Assembly (NCBI GenBank): GCA_022072455.1 | Contig: JAJVHY010000012.1 | Location: 233,236-297,235 of the forward strand | DNA: 64,000 nucleotides | Source: Verrucomicrobiia bacterium | GTDB taxonomy: Bacteria; Verrucomicrobiota; Verrucomicrobiia; Palsa-1439 | Direction of reading: 5' to 3' | Part shown: one piece after another, positions 30,529-40,045 of the stretch | Layout of the letters: every line of letters starts with the position of its first letter | Numbering within the stretch: position 1 is the stretch's first letter | The notes under the pieces: model-generated | The model's input: only the letters and a program-made list of their open reading frames with translations | What the model was told of the DNA's origin: nothing | Database searches by the model: none | Program-made: the position numbers and the translations under genes

Positions 30529-33294
30529 TTAAATCTTCTGGGTTACGGCGTCCACGCAGCGTCCGCACAACTGCGGATGCGCCTCTGTCGCGCCGATGTC
30601 GGACGTGTACCGCCAACACCGCGAACATTTTTGCCCGGCGGCAGGGGCAACCATTACTTGCAAATCCGTCCCTGTCAACTGACCGACCTTCGCTTGCGAG
30701 ACAATCAACACAGTCTCCAGGACCGGCCCAAACTTTTCCAGCAACTGCTGCGTCGCGGCGTTGTCGGCGCGAATTTCAACCTGCGCTTCCAATGACTTGC
30801 CAATCGTGCCGGCTTGGCGCGCTTTTTCCAGTTCCAACGCAGCCACGCGGCGCACGTCGAGCAACTTCGCCCACCGCGCCTCCAACTCGCTGTCGCGAGC
30901 TACACCGGCTTTCGGGAACGACGCCAAGTGCACTGAGTCCGTCGCGCGCCCCGGCAAAAAGCTCCACACTTCCTCGGCCGTGAACGGCATGATCGGCGCG
31001 AGCAACTTCGCCAACGTCGCCACCGTCGCGTGCATCGCGGTCTGCGCGGAGCGTCGTCCCGGCGACGAGGGCGCAAGCGTATACATGAGGTCTTTTGTGA
31101 CGTCAACGTAAAAGCTGGACAATTCCACGGCACAAAATGCGTTCACACCGTGGTACACCCGGCGGAACTCAAACCGCTCGTACGCCTCGGTCAAATCACC
31201 CACCAATGCGTCTAACCGTGACAGCAACCAGCGATCGATCTCGGCCATTTTTCCGACCGGCACCGCGTCCTTGGCGGGCTCAAAATCGTAAAGATTCGCG
31301 AGCAGGATGCGCAGCGTGTTGCGGATCTTCCGGTACGTGTCGCTCACCCCTTCAAAAATCTCATCCGACAACGGGATGTCGCCTTGGTAATCCTCAGAAG
31401 AGATCCAGAGCCGCAGCACATCGCCGCCATATTTATTGATGTAGTCCTCGGCGTTGGCGGGCCGCCCAGCCGACTTGGAAATCTTCTGCTTCTTGCCGGT
31501 CTCCTCGACGCGCACGACGAGGAAACCGTGCGTGACCACCGTCTTGAACGGCGCGTGTTTCTCCGTCGCCATCGCGGTCATCAACGACGACTGGAACCAC
31601 CCGCGATGCTGGTCGCTGCCTTCGAGATAAACGTCGGCCGGATGCGCGAGTTCCTCGCGTTGCTTGAGCACCGCCCGGTGACTCACACCCGACTCGAACC
31701 ACACGTCCACGATGTCCGGGGACTTCTCCAGCTTGCCGGAGCCGCAGGCCGGGCATTTCACCTCGCCGAACAACTCCTGCGCCGAACGCTCAAACCAAAT
31801 ATCCACGCCGTCCTTCACGACCTTCTCGCGGAACTTCAAAATCAGCTCGCGACTCAACAGAGGCTTCTTGCAGTCGCCGCATTGCAAGAACGGCAGCGGC
31901 ACGCCCCAAGCCCGTTGCCGGGAGATGCACCAATCAGGCCGTTGCTCAATGGTCCCGCTGATGCGGTTCGCGCCCCAGCTCGGTACCCAGTTGACGCTTT
32001 TCGCCTCGGTGAGCGCGCTTTGCCGGAGGCCGTTGTGATCGAGCGCGATGAACCATTGCTCGACCGCGCGGAAAATGACCGGATTCTTACAGCGCCAGCA
32101 ATGCGGGTACGAATGCGTCAGGTCGGCGCTACCGGCCAGCGCGCCCAAAGTGCGCAGATGTTCGACAATCGCTTTGTTCGCCTTGAAGATGAACTGCCCG
32201 GCAAACTGCCCGGCATCCGCCGTGAACACGCCTCCGTCGTCGACCGGCGCGAGCGCATCCAATCCATATTTTTGGCCGATCTCATAATCTTCCGCCCCGT
32301 GACCGGGCGCGGTATGCACGAGACCTGTCCCCTGCTCCAGCGTCACATGCGGCGACAGGATAAACGGTGAATCCCGGTCAATGAAGGGATGCCGGGTTTT
32401 GATGCCTTCGAGTTTGCTCCCCGGAAATTTCTCGATCACCGCCAACTCGACGCCGCACGCCTTGCCGACTTGTTCGACGAGCCCTTCGGCTAAAAGCCAC
32501 GTTTCATTGCCGGCCTTGACGCGCACATACGTGAGGTCGGACTTGACCGCAATCGCCAGATTCGCCGGCAACGTCCACGGCGTGGTCGTCCAGATGAGCG
32601 CGAACTCGTTCTTCAAATCCTTCAACGGGAACTTCACGAAAACCGAATGCGACAGGTGGTCGGCGTATTCGACTTCCGCCTCGGCCAACGCCGTCCGGCA
32701 CGTCGCGCACCAGTGCACCGGCTTTTTGCCCCGGTACACGTAGCCATCCCCCACCATGTCCGCGAGCGTCCCGATGATCTCGGCTTCGTACTCGGGCGAC
32801 ATCGTGAGGTACGGATGCTCCCAATCGCCAAACACGCCGCAGCGCTTGAACTGCTTCCGCTGAATATCAATGTACTTCGCCGCATAATCGCGACACAGCT
32901 TGCGCAACTCCGCCTGCGAAATTGTTTTCGCCTTCTCGCCGAGTTCCTTCTTCACCTTGAACTCGATCGGCTGCCCGTGACAATCCCAGCCGGGCACGTA
33001 CGGCGCGCGGAAGCCCTGCATCGTCTTATATTTGACGATGATGTCTTTGAGGATTTTGTTCAGCGCAGTGCCGATATGCACGTCGCCATTGGCAAACGGC
33101 GGCCCGTCGTGAAGGACGAACAGCGGTGCCTCTTTGCGCGCGGCCTGGATCTGCTCATAGAGCTTGCCGGCTTCCCACTGCGTGAGCATGACCGGCTCCC
33201 GCTGCGGCAAGTTCGCCTTCATCGGGAACTGCGTCTGCGGCAGATTCAGCGTGTCTTTGTAATTCGTCTGGCTCAAGGGCGGCGAAAGTATCAC
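30529..33294 (-). CDS. ileS: isoleucine--tRNA ligase
   Basis: HIGTALNKILKD (HIGH) motif, KMSKS, and C-terminal zinc-binding cysteines. Size is 921 aa. Confidence 0.95.
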   Translation of the reverse strand: MILSPPLSQTNYKDTLNLPQTQFPMKANLPQREPVMLTQWEAGKLYEQIQAARKEAPLFVLHDGPPFANGDVHIGTALNKILKDIIVKYKTMQGFRAPYVPGWDCHGQPIEFKVKKELGEKAKTISQAELRKLCRDYAAKYIDIQRKQFKRCGVFGDWEHPYLTMSPEYEAEIIGTLADMVGDGYVYRGKKPVHWCATCRTALAEAEVEYADHLSHSVFVKFPLKDLKNEFALIWTTTPWTLPANLAIAVKSDLTYVRVKAGNETWLLAEGLVEQVGKACGVELAVIEKFPGSKLEGIKTRHPFIDRDSPFILSPHVTLEQGTGLVHTAPGHGAEDYEIGQKYGLDALAPVDDGGVFTADAGQFAGQFIFKANKAIVEHLRTLGALAGSADLTHSYPHCWRCKNPVIFRAVEQWFIALDHNGLRQSALTEAKSVNWVPSWGANRISGTIEQRPDWCISRQRAWGVPLPFLQCGDCKKPLLSRELILKFREKVVKDGVDIWFERSAQELFGEVKCPACGSGKLEKSPDIVDVWFESGVSHRAVLKQREELAHPADVYLEGSDQHRGWFQSSLMTAMATEKHAPFKTVVTHGFLVVRVEETGKKQKISKSAGRPANAEDYINKYGGDVLRLWISSEDYQGDIPLSDEIFEGVSDTYRKIRNTLRILLANLYDFEPAKDAVPVGKMAEIDRWLLSRLDALVGDLTEAYERFEFRRVYHGVNAFCAVELSSFYVDVTKDLMYTLAPSSPGRRSAQTAMHATVATLAKLLAPIMPFTAEEVWSFLPGRATDSVHLASFPKAGVARDSELEARWAKLLDVRRVAALELEKARQAGTIGKSLEAQVEIRADNAATQQLLEKFGPVLETVLIVSQAKVGQLTGTDLQVMVAPAAGQKCSRCWRYTSDIGATEAHPQLCGRCVDAVTQKI

Positions 33295-33381
33295 CTGTGA
33301 AAAGCAGTGTCAACGAAACCGCCACCCGGAAAGCATCTTGCTGGCGGCGCTGGCTTCGTGGTAACGTCCCCGCCGCATTGG

Positions 33382-33669
33382 ATGAAACCCAGTAAAAAAA
33401 CCGCCGCACCCAACGAGCCGAGTTTTGAACAGGCCGTCGAACGCCTCGAAAAAATCGTGGCCGACATGGAGAATGCGGAGTTGCCGCTCGACGACATCCT
33501 CAAACAATACGAGGAAGGCACGCGGCTGGTGCGGTTCTGCGCGCAAAAACTCGACGAAGCCGAGAAGAAAATCGAACTTTTGCAGAAGAAATCCGACGGC
33601 TCGGTCACGTTGAAACCTTTCGAGCCGGCCGCCGCGGACGACGACGACAAGGAAGCCAAGCTGTTTTAA
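33382..33669 (+). CDS. xseB: exodeoxyribonuclease VII small subunit
   Basis: SFEQAVERLEKIVADMENAELPLDD is the XseB signature. It sits immediately upstream of dxs. Confidence 0.8.
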   Translation: MKPSKKTAAPNEPSFEQAVERLEKIVADMENAELPLDDILKQYEEGTRLVRFCAQKLDEAEKKIELLQKKSDGSVTLKPFEPAAADDDDKEAKLF

Positions 33670-33681
33670 GGAGATACCCCG

Positions 33682-35619
33682 ATGGGACGTTACCTCGAAA
33701 TGATCAATTCGCCGACGGACTTGAAACTCCTGACGCTGGACCAACTCACCACGTTGGCGCAGGAGATCCGTGAGGAATTGGTCACCGTACTCAGCAAATC
33801 CGGTGGCCACCTCGGCCCGAACCTCGGCGTCGTCGAATTGTCCATTGCGATGCACAAGGTCTTCAACTCGCCCAAGGACAAATTCGTCTGGGATGTCAGC
33901 CATCAAGTCTACGTCCACAAACTCTTGACTGGTCGGCGCCATAACTTTTCCAAAATCCGCCAGACCGGCGGCCCCATGGGCTTCGCGCTCCGGGAAGAAA
34001 GTCCGCACGATTGCTTCGGCGCCGGCCACGCCGGCACGGCCTTGTCGGCGGCGCTCGGCATGGCCACCGCCCGCGACCATAGCGGCACCGACGAACAGGT
34101 TGTGGCCGTCATCGGCGACGCGGCGTTGACCTGCGGCGTCACGTTCGAGGCGCTCAACAACATCAAACATTCCACCCGCCGACTCATCGTCATCCTCAAC
34201 GACAACGAATGGAGCATCGCCAAAAACGTCGGCGCCATCTCCGATTACCTCAACCGGATCGTCACCCACCCCCGGTACGCTGCCGCCCACAAAAAATGGG
34301 AATCCTTCCTCAACCGCCTCGGCCCCGACGTCGCCAAAGTCGAAGCCAAAGTCGAGGAAGCCTTCAAGAGCCTGCTCGTCCCCAGCGTTCTCTTCGAGGA
34401 ATTCGGCCTCCGCTACCTCGGGCCGATGGACGGTCACAACCTGCCCAAACTTATCGAAACCCTCGAATGGGCCAAGAATCAGGACACGCCGCTCCTGCTC
34501 CACATCCAAACCGTCAAGGGCAAAGGCTACGAGAAAGCCCTCGAAGACCCGCAGACCTTTCACGGCACCGGCCCGTTCGACGTCGGGACCGGCAAAGGCC
34601 CCGCCAAGAAGGAAGGCGCCCCGCCGAACTATCAGGACGTCTTCGGCGAAGCCATGGTCCGCTTCTGTGACGTGAACAGCAAACTCGTCGGCATTACCGG
34701 CGCGATGCCCACGGGCACCGGCCTCATCAAATTGCAGAAAGCCAAACCCGACCGGTATTTCGATGTCGGCATCGCCGAAGAACACGCCGTCATCTTCGCC
34801 GCCGGCATGGCCACCATGGGCTACAAACCCGTTTGCGCGATCTACTCGACGTTCCTCCAACGCGCTTACGACTGCATCATTCACGACGTTGCGCTCCAAA
34901 ACCTCGACGTCATTTTCTGCATGGATCGCGCCAGTCTTTCCGCCAACGACGGCCCGACGCACCACGGCCTCTTCGACATCGCCTATGGCCGCTGCATTCC
35001 CGGCGCGACGCTGATGTCGCCCAAGGACGAAGACGAACTCTGCGACATGATGTGGACCGCGCTCCAACATCACGGCCCGATCATGATCCGGTATCCCCGC
35101 GGCACCGGCGAGGGCGTCCCGATCAAACAAAAGCCGGCTGTCCTGCCCATCGGCAAGGCGGAAGTCCTCCAACACGGCACCGATGTCGCCATCATCTTCT
35201 ACGGCGCCATGCAAACGATGGCCAAAGAAACCGCCGCCGCGCTCGAAGCCGAAGGCAAGTCCGTCGCCATCATCAACGCCCGGTTCGCCAAGCCGATCGA
35301 CCGCGACATGCTCGAAAAATACGGGCACATCGCCAAGGTCGTCTGCACCCTCGAAGACCACGTCCTGATCGGTGGCTTCGGCACCGCCGTCATGGAAACG
35401 CTCAGCGAGATGCGCATCCCCACGCCGGTCGTGCGCGTGGCCTGGCCGGACAAGTTCATCGAACACGCCACACAGCCGAAGGACTTGCAGGACAAATATC
35501 ACGTCAACTCCGCGACCGCCGTCGCGAAAATCAAGGACGCGCTCGCGCATGTGGCCCAGACGGTCGATCACACCCAGAAGTTCCGCGTCCTCGGCGCGGC
35601 CAATGCGCGCACGGCATGA
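33682..35619 (+). CDS. dxs: 1-deoxy-D-xylulose-5-phosphate synthase
   Basis: GGHLGPNLGVVEL, GDGA, and TPP-binding motifs. Size is 645 aa. Confidence 0.95.
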   Translation: MGRYLEMINSPTDLKLLTLDQLTTLAQEIREELVTVLSKSGGHLGPNLGVVELSIAMHKVFNSPKDKFVWDVSHQVYVHKLLTGRRHNFSKIRQTGGPMGFALREESPHDCFGAGHAGTALSAALGMATARDHSGTDEQVVAVIGDAALTCGVTFEALNNIKHSTRRLIVILNDNEWSIAKNVGAISDYLNRIVTHPRYAAAHKKWESFLNRLGPDVAKVEAKVEEAFKSLLVPSVLFEEFGLRYLGPMDGHNLPKLIETLEWAKNQDTPLLLHIQTVKGKGYEKALEDPQTFHGTGPFDVGTGKGPAKKEGAPPNYQDVFGEAMVRFCDVNSKLVGITGAMPTGTGLIKLQKAKPDRYFDVGIAEEHAVIFAAGMATMGYKPVCAIYSTFLQRAYDCIIHDVALQNLDVIFCMDRASLSANDGPTHHGLFDIAYGRCIPGATLMSPKDEDELCDMMWTALQHHGPIMIRYPRGTGEGVPIKQKPAVLPIGKAEVLQHGTDVAIIFYGAMQTMAKETAAALEAEGKSVAIINARFAKPIDRDMLEKYGHIAKVVCTLEDHVLIGGFGTAVMETLSEMRIPTPVVRVAWPDKFIEHATQPKDLQDKYHVNSATAVAKIKDALAHVAQTVDHTQKFRVLGAANARTA

Positions 35620-35630
35620 GTCGGCTAGTC

Positions 35631-35685
35631 GAACGGGCGTCTCGCCCGTTCCTGTGCCGATAACGAACGGGCGAGACGCCCGTTC
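35631..35685. repeat. two consecutive 21-nt perfect hairpins that are reverse complements of each other (GAACGGGCG-TCT-CGCCCGTTC and GAACGGGCG-AGA-CGCCCGTTC)
   Basis: Seen directly in the sequence between dxs and tlyA. It is REP-like, or a terminator. Confidence 0.5.
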
Positions 35686-35689
35686 CACT

Positions 35690-36409
35690 ATGAAGCGCGA
35701 ACGTTTAGACATTACGATGGTCGTTCGCCAACTGGCTGACAGTCGCGAAAAAGCCAAGCGCCTGATCCTGGCCGGCGCCGTTCGCATCAACGGCCAGCTC
35801 GCCGGCAAACCCAGCGACTTGGTGGACGAAACCGCCACACTCACCGTTGCCGCCGCGGAAAAATACGTCAGCCGTGGCGGCTACAAACTCGAAGCCGCCC
35901 TCGCCGCTTTCCCGGTCGATTGCAAAGATAAAACCTGCCTCGACCTCGGCGCCTCGACCGGCGGTTTCACCGACTGCCTCCTCCAACACGGTGCCGCCTG
36001 TGTCCACGCCGTGGATGTCGGCAAAGGCCAACTCGCCTGGAAACTCCGGCAAGACCCCCGCGTCATCATCCACGACGAACTCAATGCCCGGCATCTGACC
36101 GGCGACCCGGTGGACCTCATCACCATTGACGTCTCGTTCATCTCCCTCACCAAAGTCCTGCCGGCGGCGGTCGCGTGTCTCAAACCGGGCGGGCACCTCA
36201 TCGCCCTCATCAAACCCCAATTCGAAGCCGGCCGGAGTGATGTCGGCAAAGGCGGCGTCGTCCGCGACCCGGTAGTTCACGAACGCGTCAGAGCCGAAAT
36301 CGAGCAATTCGGAGTCGGCCTCGGTCTGCGATTGCTTGGCAGCGTCGAATCGCCTATTCTCGGCCCGGCAGGAAACAAAGAATTCCTCATCGGATTCGCC
36401 AAACCGTGA
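35690..36409 (+). CDS. tlyA: TlyA family rRNA (cytidine-2'-O)-methyltransferase
   Basis: An S4-like N-terminus, and CLDLGASTGGFTD FtsJ-type AdoMet motif. Confidence 0.85.
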   Translation: MKRERLDITMVVRQLADSREKAKRLILAGAVRINGQLAGKPSDLVDETATLTVAAAEKYVSRGGYKLEAALAAFPVDCKDKTCLDLGASTGGFTDCLLQHGAACVHAVDVGKGQLAWKLRQDPRVIIHDELNARHLTGDPVDLITIDVSFISLTKVLPAAVACLKPGGHLIALIKPQFEAGRSDVGKGGVVRDPVVHERVRAEIEQFGVGLGLRLLGSVESPILGPAGNKEFLIGFAKP

Positions 36410-37284
36410 ACCAGAGCGTCCCCAAAACCATTGGCATTGCCGGCAACCTCGGCAAACCGGAATCGCGTGACCGACTCTTCGAGCTTTTGAACCTGCTCAA
36501 TCACACCCAAGTCACCACGCTGCTCGAACAGGAAGCCGCCGCGCTCGCCGGGCGGCCCCACGACGCCCAACCGCTCCGCGCCATCGGCACCAAGGCCGAC
36601 CTCATCATCGTCCTCGGCGGCGACGGCACCATCCTGCGCGTCGCCCGGGAACTCGAAGGCGCGACGACCCCGTTGCTCGGCATCAACCTCGGCAGCCTCG
36701 GCTTTCTCACCAGCGTCCCCAGCCACGATTTGCCGGCCGCCGTCCAACAAGTGCTGACCGGCGCGTACGCGATCAGCCAGCGGTTCACCATCGAAACCAC
36801 CCTCCTGCGCAACGGCCACCGTCTCGAATCACACCGGGCACTCAATGATGCCGTGGTCTCGCGCGGCGCGTTCTCGCGGATCGTCCGGCTGCGGGTGTCC
36901 ATTGATGACGAGTGGTTGACAGAATACGTCTGCGACGGCATGATTTTCGCCACGCCCACTGGTTCAACGGCGTACTCGTTGAGCGCCGGTGGGCCGATTT
37001 TGTTACCGCAGGCGCGGGCGTGCATCTTGACGCCGATTTGCGCGCATGCGTTGAGCAATCGGCCGATCGTGGCCGGCGAAGATTCGGTGGTGCGCTGCCA
37101 GGTTGCCGGGGCGGCCGGCGAATTGCTCCTGACTATTGACGGCCAGGTCCAGATGCGGATGCAAGTCGGCGATGAAGTGGAAGTGCGCCGGTCGCCGCAC
37201 CCGGTCCGGTTGGCCACGCTGACCGGGCAAACATATTTCGACGTACTACGCCAAAAACTCAAGTGGAGCGGATCGAATGTCTAA
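36406..37284 (+). CDS. nadK: NAD kinase
   Basis: GGDGT motif and NDAVV. Confidence 0.9.
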   Translation: MNQSVPKTIGIAGNLGKPESRDRLFELLNLLNHTQVTTLLEQEAAALAGRPHDAQPLRAIGTKADLIIVLGGDGTILRVARELEGATTPLLGINLGSLGFLTSVPSHDLPAAVQQVLTGAYAISQRFTIETTLLRNGHRLESHRALNDAVVSRGAFSRIVRLRVSIDDEWLTEYVCDGMIFATPTGSTAYSLSAGGPILLPQARACILTPICAHALSNRPIVAGEDSVVRCQVAGAAGELLLTIDGQVQMRMQVGDEVEVRRSPHPVRLATLTGQTYFDVLRQKLKWSGSNV

Positions 37285-37744
37285 AATCAATAAAGTCGCC
37301 GCGTTACTGCGCGCCGACCGCATCAATCTCAACATCCAAAGCCAAAAGAAAAACGACGCCCTGCGCGAAGTCGCCCAGCAACTCGGCAAAACCGGCTGCG
37401 TGACCGACTTCGACGCATTTTTCGCGGAAATCCTCGAACGCGAACGCGTCAGCAACACCGCGCTCGGCCATGATGTTGCGATTCCCCATGCGCGCACCGA
37501 ACAATGCCGGGAAATCCTGATCGCGGTCGGCCGCAACACCAACGGCATCAGCTTTGACGCCAAAGACGGCCAGCCGGTGCGCTTGATTTTCATGATCGGC
37601 ACCCCGAAGCAGATGGTCACGGAATACCTCCGCGTCGTCGGCAACCTCGCCCGCCTCCTCCGGCAAGACACCCTCCGGCAAGCCCTTCTCGATGCCCCGG
37701 ACGTGGACACATTCATTCAACTCATCGACCAAGCCGAAGGCTGA
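37277..37744 (+). CDS. PTS EIIA type-2 domain protein (PtsN-like nitrogen regulatory protein)
   Basis: The HDVAIPHAR active-site His region is typical of EIIA-Ntr. Confidence 0.75.
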   Translation: MSKINKVAALLRADRINLNIQSQKKNDALREVAQQLGKTGCVTDFDAFFAEILERERVSNTALGHDVAIPHARTEQCREILIAVGRNTNGISFDAKDGQPVRLIFMIGTPKQMVTEYLRVVGNLARLLRQDTLRQALLDAPDVDTFIQLIDQAEG

Positions 37745-37753
37745 CCGCGACAC

Positions 37754-38386
37754 CTACGGAATCGGATTCACGCCGCCGTTACTCACCACCGCCGCCAACC
37801 GGTCCAGCGCCTCCGCCATCGTCTCGGGCGGACTGCCGGCCCAATGACCGGGATTGGCCGGCGAATACGCGCCGGTACTGAACGCTTGCCCATTGCCGGC
37901 TTTCAACGTCCCATCCGCCCACGTCGCCGCCACCGTCAACCCATCGCTGCCGATCAGCGTCCGCAACTGCGGATTGAGAAACCCCTGCCCCGCCCCGTCG
38001 TTGAGTTGCGCCCCCGGATCGTCCACGCCGGGAATGTAACCGCGAAACCCGACGATCGGCTGGCCGGCCGCATTGCAGAGGGCATGCTGGGCGGTGTTGA
38101 GGACCGGCGTGTTGGTCGCCGAATTGTTCACCGAGTTTTTTACTCCGACGTGCCCGGCATTGATGATGTCCTGTTCATCGCACAGCAACGCCCCGGTCAA
38201 GGGACTGGTCAACGCCGCATCAAGCCGCGCCTTGTCGCCGGGCACAAACTGCGCCGCTTCCGACCCGGTAAAGACCGGGTCAGTCTCCGGCACGTCGATC
38301 AAGTCCTTGAGGCCGGTGAATTGGTTGCGGAGTTCCGCCGACGTGAGCGGCGAATTGGGCGCCGGTAAGAGTGGGTCAAAGGGCAT
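37754..38386 (-). CDS. hypothetical protein, phage tail-fibre-like
   Basis: 210 aa, Gly/Asn/Thr-rich. The C-terminal ...NPGHWAGSPPETMAEALDRLAAVV resembles tail-fibre motifs. There are no enzymatic motifs. Confidence 0.55.
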   Translation of the reverse strand: MPFDPLLPAPNSPLTSAELRNQFTGLKDLIDVPETDPVFTGSEAAQFVPGDKARLDAALTSPLTGALLCDEQDIINAGHVGVKNSVNNSATNTPVLNTAQHALCNAAGQPIVGFRGYIPGVDDPGAQLNDGAGQGFLNPQLRTLIGSDGLTVAATWADGTLKAGNGQAFSTGAYSPANPGHWAGSPPETMAEALDRLAAVVSNGGVNPIP

Positions 38387-38480
38387 GGTTTCTTAGCCAC
38401 AGATTCACACGGATGAAACACAGTGGGAACTCCGGTATCTGTGCCCATCTGTATTCATCTGTGGCTACCTTTCACCGCTA

Positions 38481-39377
38481 TTAGCCTCCCACAATCACGG
38501 TGGCCTCGGCGCTCCATTGGCCCATGCGTTGGTCGCCGACCCGGTAAATCGCCCGGTACTGCCACTTCGTCGGCGTCGTCGGAATCGGGAACGTGTCCAC
38601 GTAGCCGGGCGTGGTATCAATGGCCAGCAACCGCCAGCCTTGTCCGTCGCCCCGGTCGACTTCGATTTCGCACTGGTCGAGGAACGCCGCCTTCCCGCGC
38701 CACGTCCAGCCGACCGTCACAGCCGCCGGCGCACGGGTGAGCTTGAGCACGGGACCGAACACATTCCAATCGGGCGCACCATCTTCGCTGCCGACCATCC
38801 CGAGGTCGCTGATGATCGCCTCCGTGCAGGTGGGTTTGTTGCGGATGTCCCGGACGAGCGTGAAGACGCGTGTCAACGCCCCGGCCTCGACCGGCGTCGC
38901 GCCCGCGGGACCGGTAAACGTGGGCAACGCCATCGCCCCCGGCAACGTCCCAAACTCCGCGTCCGCGACGGCATCGGTGCAGGACTTGGAGAAGGTGCGC
39001 ACTGCCGGCAACCACGTGCCGATTACGTAGATCAACCAGTCACAATCCGCCTGCGCGGCAGTGACCTGCCCCGCGGCCAACGTCAACGTCGTGGCGTAGA
39101 GCGGGAGTTTGTTGCGGAAATTTCCGAGCCAAAGGACTTGGTCGGCGTTGCCGGAAGGGAAGTAGGAGTTATGCGTCATGCGTTGTTTCCTTTTGGTTGG
39201 GGGTGGAGTGGGAGCGGCCGGCGGGACATAACCCGGGTCGCCCGGTTCGAGCAGATAACTGGGATCGCCCCAGTAGGCGTTTGGGTCGTCGAGATGCGTC
39301 CCGTCGTCCAAATGGATGGTTCTCATAAAGTGCGGCGGCGGTTCCCCCAACTCCGCGGGGAGCCGCGGCGAATCCAC
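38481..39377 (-). CDS. hypothetical protein with a C-terminal fibronectin-III-like domain
   Basis: 298-aa ORF with a GTG start at the edge of the repeat array. An alternative ATG is at 39326. The C-terminal ...TPTKWQYRAIYRVGDQRMGQWSAEATV is FN3-like. Confidence 0.5.
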   Translation of the reverse strand: MDSPRLPAELGEPPPHFMRTIHLDDGTHLDDPNAYWGDPSYLLEPGDPGYVPPAAPTPPPTKRKQRMTHNSYFPSGNADQVLWLGNFRNKLPLYATTLTLAAGQVTAAQADCDWLIYVIGTWLPAVRTFSKSCTDAVADAEFGTLPGAMALPTFTGPAGATPVEAGALTRVFTLVRDIRNKPTCTEAIISDLGMVGSEDGAPDWNVFGPVLKLTRAPAAVTVGWTWRGKAAFLDQCEIEVDRGDGQGWRLLAIDTTPGYVDTFPIPTTPTKWQYRAIYRVGDQRMGQWSAEATVIVGG

Positions 39378-39673
39378 GGGGAGCCCGGTTTAGAGCACGG
39401 GGAGCCCGGTTTGCGATTGGGGGCGCCGGGGTTGCGGCTGGGGGAACCCGGAAAATCGTGCGGGGAGCCCGGTCTGGAGCAAGGGGCGCCGGTTCGGCCG
39501 CTGGGGGAGCCCGGAAAACTGTTGGGGGAGCCGCCGCTGGCGTTAGGGGAGCCCGGAAAATGGTGCGGTGAGCACCCCCAACTCCAGACCCGGCTTCCCC
39601 AGCCGTTAGGTGAGCACCCCGCGCCGTAGCAGCGGCTCCCCCAACGATTAGGGGAGCCGGTTTTGGGGCGTTG
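39357..39673. repeat. tandem array of about sixteen 21-bp direct repeats with a near-palindromic core GGGGAGCCCGG
   Basis: Units are seen at 39357, 39378, 39399, 39420, 39440, 39462, 39483, 39503, 39525, 39546, then double-length units at 39567, 39609 and 39651. There are no spacers, so this is not CRISPR. Confidence 0.8.
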
Positions 39674-39910
39674 ACGGCTGCTTTCAGCGGATTTTGGGCT
39701 GTTTCAGGCACGCGCGCACCCTACCGGAAGGCAAAAATCGCTTCCTCTAAGATTCCCGCATTCGTCTCTAAGATTCCGCGGGCGGGCTCCGGCGCTTCGG
39801 ATGCCACTCCGGGCTTGTCCCGGTCACCCCGCGTTCCTGCGTCGTTCCGGTAAGAGCCACGCCGGACTGAAGTTGACCGGTCCGCCGAACTCTGGAGTGT
39901 AAAAGGCGTG

Positions 39911-40045
39911 TTGCCCAAATCGAAATTTGGGCGTTTTGGTGTAGCGGCGCTTCTGTGAAGCGCCAAGTTTCCTCGAGAATTGAACGACCCGCGCTTCGCA
40001 GAAGCGCGGCTACAACCGGCAAATGCATTTGGGCAAAACGCCCTC
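39911..40045. ncRNA. candidate structured RNA or REP cluster
   Basis: Contains the hairpins GCCCAAAT-CGA-ATTTGGGC, GGCGCTTC-TGT-GAAGCGCC and CGCGCTTC-GCA-GAAGCGCG, and the palindrome CAAATGCATTTG. An enclosing long-range pairing GGGCGTTTTGGTGTAGC...GCTACAA...CAAAACGCCC surrounds them. Confidence 0.3.

Noticed and set aside
33310-35844. 844-aa ORF on the minus strand
   Set aside because: It lies entirely antisense to dxs (which has strong conserved motifs). Its content is low-complexity Gly/Ala/Arg-rich, typical of high-GC antisense frames.
38517-39629. 370-aa plus-strand ORF ending in GEPGxxx heptads
   Set aside because: For most of its length it is antisense to the FN3-like gene. The heptads are a by-product of the 21-bp DNA repeats. 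It is kept only as a remote possibility.
39357-39673. Possible CRISPR array
   Set aside because: The repeats are contiguous 21-mers with no unique spacers, and no cas genes are nearby.
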